Assembly: GCA_037189525.1 (NCBI GenBank)
Contig: JBBCJC010000002.1
Coordinates: forward strand, 960,001 to 1,024,000
Direction of reading: 5' to 3'
Length of the DNA: 64,000 nt
From: Gemmatimonadales bacterium
Lineage (GTDB): Bacteria > Gemmatimonadota > Gemmatimonadetes > Gemmatimonadales > GWC2-71-9
The notes below the pieces were generated by a model, which saw nothing but the letters and a program-made list of their open reading frames with translations, ran no database searches and had not been told where the DNA came from. Position numbers and translations under genes: made by a program. Numbering within the stretch: position 1 is the first letter of the stretch; each line of letters starts with the position of its first letter. Positions 59,866-64,000 of the stretch are shown one piece after another.

Positions 59866-60573
59866 CTACTCCCAAAGAAAATAGTAGACTACCCGAAAAC
59901 GCCGTGACAGGATCACGTTGTGCTCGCCCGGCTGCGTAAGGAGATACTCCCCCAGTCGAAAGACGGTGCTGGTGGTATCGACGAGTCGACCCAGTCGTTC
60001 GAAGGTCGCGCCGACTCGGCGGCAGATGTTCCGGTCCTGCACGAGCCGAATCGCCTGCCCGAGGGAATCCACGTTCGACGTCAATCCGAGATGCTGTCGC
60101 ATCTGAGGTGCAGCGAGGGCGTCTACCCACCAGGCGTGCTGGGAAGCGATCTCCGTACTGTCGCGTGTGCAGGTCCAGGCGGCCCGGTGGGCTCGCGCGA
60201 CGCTCATCCGGACCGAGTCGGCTGGGCATTCACCGAGACAGAAGGCCTGAGCCGTGAGGAGGACGACGAGACTGTCTCCGCCAGGCTGCGTCACGGATAC
60301 GGTGCTATCGTACGTACGATAGCCAAGGGCCCGCACGGTAATGCTGTAGCGTCCGACGGCTAGCCCCGACATGTGGAACAGTCCGGCCGAGTCGGATCGC
60401 AGTCCGATTGCACTGTCCCCGGCGGAGCGGCGGACGATGATACGCGCATTCGCGATCGGCCGCTGCCCGGTCACGTCCCGCACATGCCCGACGATCCTCG
60501 CTGCCGGCTCTTGGGCGACAAGGCTCGTGCCCAAGAGGGTGATTATGCCGAGTAAGCTGACAAGCCGTTTCAT
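59866..60573 (-). CDS. Exported protein with carboxypeptidase-regulatory-like domain (cassette gene)
   Basis: Signal peptide; IVGHVRD..PIANARI, SDSAGLF, GRYSITVRALGY; ATG 7 bp after GTTAGGT. Confidence 0.78.
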   Translation of the reverse strand: MKRLVSLLGIITLLGTSLVAQEPAARIVGHVRDVTGQRPIANARIIVRRSAGDSAIGLRSDSAGLFHMSGLAVGRYSITVRALGYRTYDSTVSVTQPGGDSLVVLLTAQAFCLGECPADSVRMSVARAHRAAWTCTRDSTEIASQHAWWVDALAAPQMRQHLGLTSNVDSLGQAIRLVQDRNICRRVGATFERLGRLVDTTSTVFRLGEYLLTQPGEHNVILSRRFRVVYYFLWE

Positions 60574-60580
60574 GGGCACT

Positions 60581-60606
60581 ACCTAACGACTCTGCTAAGT
60601 ACCGGG
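60581..60606 (-). other. Partial attC (right half only)
   Basis: Minus CCGGTACTTAGCAGAGTC-GTTAGGT; no RYYYAAC left half found after the PaaI stop. Confidence 0.5.
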
Positions 60607-60632
60607 AGAATGGCGCCTTCGTGCGATCGTGG

Positions 60633-61118
60633 CTAGTCCACGAGTCCGGGACGGTTTGGCATTGCGATCATCGTGCCAGTCATGGTGGCGATGAGCGTGC
60701 CGGTCATGTCCGGCGTTGCCCCGGGTTTTACTTCGCCGTCCGTGTCGGCCACGCGGAACTCACCCGAGACGACGGTCAAGGTCCGGCCCGCGCGAACGAC
60801 CCGCCCGATCGCATAGAAGCGACTCCCTCGTGCCGGCGCGAGCAAGTTGACCTTGAACTCTACGCTCAACACTGCCGCGCCGGACTCCATCAGACTGAGC
60901 GCTGCATAGCCGCAGGCGCTGTCCATCACGGTCGTCACTATGCCGGCATGGAGAAAGCCATGCTGTTGCGTCAGTTCCGACCGGAACGGGAGTGCGAGGA
61001 TGACCTCGCCTGGCTCGACTCGCGCTAGCGTGGCGCCGAGGGTCGCCATCACGGCCTGTCGCTCAAAGCTCGAACGGACACGCTGCTCGAAGTCCGGGTC
61101 TCGCGGTGTCTGGGACAT
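60633..61118 (-). CDS. PaaI family thioesterase
   Basis: TQQHGFLHAGIVTTVMDSACGYAA, VEFKVNLLAPA, GRTLTV. Confidence 0.92.
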   Translation of the reverse strand: MSQTPRDPDFEQRVRSSFERQAVMATLGATLARVEPGEVILALPFRSELTQQHGFLHAGIVTTVMDSACGYAALSLMESGAAVLSVEFKVNLLAPARGSRFYAIGRVVRAGRTLTVVSGEFRVADTDGEVKPGATPDMTGTLIATMTGTMIAMPNRPGLVD

Positions 61119-61203
61119 CAGAGCAACTTAGCGTTGCTTGCCGAGCGGCTCAACGCCCAGCGCTTCATCGACCTTCTCCTGGGTCCTCGTTTCGTTTGAG
61201 GTT

Positions 61204-61344
61204 GCCTAACGATTGAGGTGGTCAGCAGTAGGCGCCCCTCGGAGCCGAGCGGTTCGCGCTGTCCTCCGACTAACGTGGTGGAACGGTCGCGACTCCGGAA
61301 GAGGACGCTTGCCCGGCCGGATGTCTGCAAACCCATGTTTAGGT
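61204..61344 (-). other. attC site (long, R'' with extra A)
   Basis: Minus ACCTAAAC-atgggt-TTGCAGAC...stem GCGTCCTC..GGAGTCG/CGGCTCCGAGGGGCGC...TGCTGACC-acctcaatc-GTTAGGC. Confidence 0.7.
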
Positions 61345-61743
61345 GATGTGATCCTGGAACCACTTTCGGGAACGGGCAGACATGATGAGGTCGATACATT
61401 CGAAATGCAGCCCCCAGCGCCAATGATAGCCCGCCAATGATGGGGAGACGACCGTATTTCAACCTCTCCGGCCCCAACGTGGCTAGCGCCAGCCAAGCGA
61501 GCGCCAGATGTGTCTTCCGAAGACGCTCATTATCTCGCCGAATTGCTGATAACCGTGGATGCCTCGTATTCCACCGTCGAACAGAACGAGCAGCCATTGA
61601 GGGAGCCACGCGATGCCCAGGGCCTGAGCATTCTTCGCAAGCCGATTGCGCGCTGTCGCCAGGCTGTTCGGTAAGACGTCCTCGGCAAATCGAATGTCGT
61701 CCAACAACCGTGCTCGTCGCCGGAGTAGGCGCCATCGTGACAT
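61339..61743 (-). pseudogene. Frameshifted small membrane-protein cassette gene
   Basis: MSRWRLL...SVFGRHI, then LALAWLALATLG...LALGAAF in a second frame, then LIMSARSRKWFQDHIT* in the third; TAA lies inside the attC R'' box. Confidence 0.55.
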
Positions 61744-61752
61744 CCAGAGGCC

Positions 61753-61801
61753 CTCTAACGTTTGCTTTTGCAATTAGCAGAGTGTGTGACCGTTGTTAGA
61801 T
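61753..61801 (-). other. Short or degenerate attC site
   Basis: Minus ATCTAAC...GTTAGAG, 49 bp; 6 bp after the lipoprotein stop and 9 bp before the next ATG; L boxes unclear. Confidence 0.55.
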
Positions 61802-61807
61802 CGTCGA

Positions 61808-62575
61808 TCAGAAAGACACGGGATAACCGGTCAGTTGGCCCAATAGCCTGCCGTCTGCGAGCGGCAACACCACGAAGAAATCATAGAAGTCCGGAGGAAA
61901 GCGTCTGGATTGATCTGGATTCCTTTCAGTCAAATTTACCCTGAAAGTGACGAACGCTGCCTTGCCCCTAACGGGAGCTGGTATGGTCTTCGACGATAGG
62001 AGGGGCCCTATGCCGTCTGGGGCCTTGGCTCGAATCTCGAACGTGAGAGCGGGAGGGCCGAGGGTTTCGGTCTGGAGTCCGATGACATAACTGACAGTGA
62101 TGTCGATCGAGTCTACACCCTTGAACCCATTGCGGCGAAGGAGCGTGTCGCCCGTGGCGGCGTTCTGGAAGGTGGCGATGAAGGGTTGCGCGCTGGTATC
62201 GGGATCCACGACCAGGATCTCGGATTGGGCTACAAAGTTCGGATAGTCGGTTGCTCCCCCTCCGCGGGCGAGGATCCCTCCGCGGCCGGCGGCCAAAGGC
62301 GTCACCAGTCCGCTGCTGTCCACGCGAAGGGGCCCGAACCACACGCTCCAATTCGTGCCTAGCTGTCGTCCGTCGGCAGTCACCGGGCGTGCGCTCAGAC
62401 GGACCGTATCATTGATGGTCAGGATCAGGTTCTCGAGATTGATCCGGAACTCAGTGACGCAATCTCCGGTGCACGGGATCACCGGACCGACGGGCGCGTC
62501 GTCTCCGCAGCCGGTCAGGACTCCGGCCGACAAGAGTATGCCAAGAACATTCCAACGAATGGTGCTCTTTCTCAT
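61808..62575 (-). CDS. Lipoprotein with Ig-like (Big_2-type) domain (cassette gene)
   Basis: Lipobox VLTGC; LTINDTVRLSA...WS...VDSSGLVTPLAAG. Confidence 0.72.
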   Translation of the reverse strand: MRKSTIRWNVLGILLSAGVLTGCGDDAPVGPVIPCTGDCVTEFRINLENLILTINDTVRLSARPVTADGRQLGTNWSVWFGPLRVDSSGLVTPLAAGRGGILARGGGATDYPNFVAQSEILVVDPDTSAQPFIATFQNAATGDTLLRRNGFKGVDSIDITVSYVIGLQTETLGPPALTFEIRAKAPDGIGPLLSSKTIPAPVRGKAAFVTFRVNLTERNPDQSRRFPPDFYDFFVVLPLADGRLLGQLTGYPVSF

Positions 62576-62866
62576 GGGTCCACTTCTCAAAAACTCGCGG
62601 TTTCGGAAGAAGAGTCTTGACCGGCTGCCCGCTGCAACTTCTTGTTGGACAGCATCACGGCGATCGTCGCCTACAGGCGGTGTGCGAGTCGCAGACCGAG
62701 TGGGGAACCTCGAGAGGCTCTGCTTTGGGCAGACACTGGTACCCCCGTGAGGATGAGGGCAAGAAGCACCGGGGGTACATCGCATGATGGAAGGTAGTGC
62801 GGCTGCGCTTGTCTAGCGGTGATCTGAAGCACATTTCCGCTAAGGGCAAATCCGGGTGACTTGCCT

Positions 62867-62984
62867 GTTGAACGGCATTTGGATTTCGGCGGCAACCGCC
62901 ACGGAGCCAAGCGGCTGCTCCATCCTCAGGTCAACATGGGGAACGGAACTCTGCCCGGCTGTCCACTGCAACACTCTGTTAAAC
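62867..62984 (-). other. attC site
   Basis: Minus GTTTAAC-agagtg-TTGCAGTGGACAGCCG...CGGTTGCCGCCGAA-atccaaatgcc-GTTCAAC; L''/L' pair with bulged bases. Confidence 0.72.
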
Positions 62985-63062
62985 CTCTGCATGAAACGGG
63001 CACCGGCAGCAGTACATGAGACACATAATTTGATACTCTTACGTTGTCCGCAGTCATCCCGT

Positions 63063-63611
63063 TCATGGGTCGTTGTCTGGGACTGCCCTAAACGTCAAAG
63101 ACACGCGGCGAGACCGCAGGTATTCCCGACCGTTCCACACGTCTGACGTACGACTGGGAATCCCATGCTTCCAACGCCAGCGAGCCTCTCCAGACAGCAC
63201 CAGCAGACTTCTAGGTTCGAGAAACAGCTCGTAGGAAGCCTCCGGGCCCGAACGCGTGAATCGCATCATGCAGGTCGACCCCAAGCTGATCGATGTAACT
63301 ACTTCTCCGAAAACGGACTGATCCAAGTGATCAAAGATCCCAGTGCCCGGTTGGTATTCATTGGCGACAAGCTGATTGGGAGTGCTCTCGAGATGGCCGT
63401 CTTGATAGAGCTGTCGCGCTAAGGCAGTTGCCCAAACGGGGAGATCGCCGATTCGGTATGCTACTTGGCGCTTATGGTCGTAGTGATAGCCGTACACCTG
63501 AACGCCATGATCCACGGATGTCTGCCACCGTTGTTGGTCAACAGCGGAGAAGAGTTGATCGTGAGTTCCCTGATCCAGGTAGCCCGGAACATACGTAATG
63601 CCCGCAATCAC
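63063..63611 (-). CDS. AlkB-family 2OG-Fe(II) oxygenase
   Basis: NQLVANEYQPGTGIFDHLD (HxD), SISLGS, WKHGI and RVSLTFR motifs; GTG start estimated. Confidence 0.88.
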   Translation of the reverse strand: MIAGITYVPGYLDQGTHDQLFSAVDQQRWQTSVDHGVQVYGYHYDHKRQVAYRIGDLPVWATALARQLYQDGHLESTPNQLVANEYQPGTGIFDHLDQSVFGEVVTSISLGSTCMMRFTRSGPEASYELFLEPRSLLVLSGEARWRWKHGIPSRTSDVWNGREYLRSRRVSLTFRAVPDNDP

Positions 63612-63657
63612 GGAGTAGTCTCCAAAGGTTGCTTTCTCACGGCCAGTTTGTAGAGGT

Positions 63658-63990
63658 CTAATTCCGGGATGTCCAGGCTGGCGGCTTTTGCCCCATCTTG
63701 AGAATGTGCTTCCTGAAGACGATTGCCGAGCCACTGAGTGCGTCGGTCGTGACAAAGGCGATTGGCAGGCCTGGCTCAGCATCGAGGATGAGTTCCGCTG
63801 TAAACCCGTTCCTGCGAAAGAGATCTACGGCCTCACGGGCGGCTTGCTCCGGATCGGCCACCACAAAGCCCAACGCGGCGCTCGGCTGCCCGAGCCGATC
63901 GAGCATCGTCTGGCGCGGATGGTTGACTATGGTGCCGTTGCTGAAGATGGTGCGCTCGACGTCGTCGGAATCGACGCGGAACCTCGGCAC
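63658..63990 (-). CDS. Hypothetical protein (may extend past the right edge)
   Basis: 110-aa ORF with protein-like composition, co-oriented with the array; frame open to the window end. Confidence 0.6.
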   Translation of the reverse strand: MPRFRVDSDDVERTIFSNGTIVNHPRQTMLDRLGQPSAALGFVVADPEQAAREAVDLFRRNGFTAELILDAEPGLPIAFVTTDALSGSAIVFRKHILKMGQKPPAWTSRN

Positions 63991-64000
63991 GTGCCCATGC

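Larger units (their letters stand above)
58976..64000 (-). mobile_element. Integron-type gene cassette array (no integrase in window)
   Basis: Co-oriented, functionally unrelated minus-strand genes separated by several attC-like RYYYAAC...GTTRRRY imperfect hairpins; visibly more A/T than the rest of the window. Confidence 0.75.

Noticed and set aside
61118..61735. 205-aa ORF spanning an attC
   Set aside because: Reads through the attC hairpin; better explained as part of a frameshifted cassette gene plus chance open frame
62739..62778. Inverted repeat GTACCCCCG/CGGGGGTAC
   Set aside because: Single 9-bp stem without a U tract or other copies; no function assignable
1..64000. CRISPR arrays, tRNA/rRNA, IS elements, prophage or known defence systems
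   Set aside because: No regularly spaced direct repeats, RNA-gene signatures, transposase or phage motifs seen by eye; dedicated searches were not run

Overview
High-GC bacterial chromosomal segment with about 60 protein-coding genes. I saw no rRNA, tRNA, CRISPR array or recognisable transposase or integrase. The gene repertoire (SusC/SusD-like TonB systems with ECF sigma/FecR, beta-propeller lipoprotein, Hanks kinase, many exported amidohydrolases and serine hydrolases) suggests Gemmatimonadota; this is inference only. The left ~37 kb holds three TonB-dependent uptake loci (GntR-SusC; ECF-FecR-TBDT; ECF-FecR-SusC-SusD-TPR), a lytic transglycosylase, D-aminoacylase-like and other amidohydrolases, a thiolase/thioesterase pair, an IorAB-type molybdoenzyme, two DUF1624 membrane proteins and a PF10136 (Gcr-like) membrane protein. 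The 37-59 kb part is mostly small minus-strand stress/detox genes (SDRs, degenerate Nudix, second-type UppS operon, MTase-GNAT fusion, VOC, three DUF1801, ArsR-SRPBCC, DinB, kinase) with gene remnants. The last ~5 kb is an integron-type gene cassette array: minus-strand genes separated by attC-like sites, some decayed, with no integrase in the window. Start sites are my best estimates and family calls come from motif recognition, not database searches.
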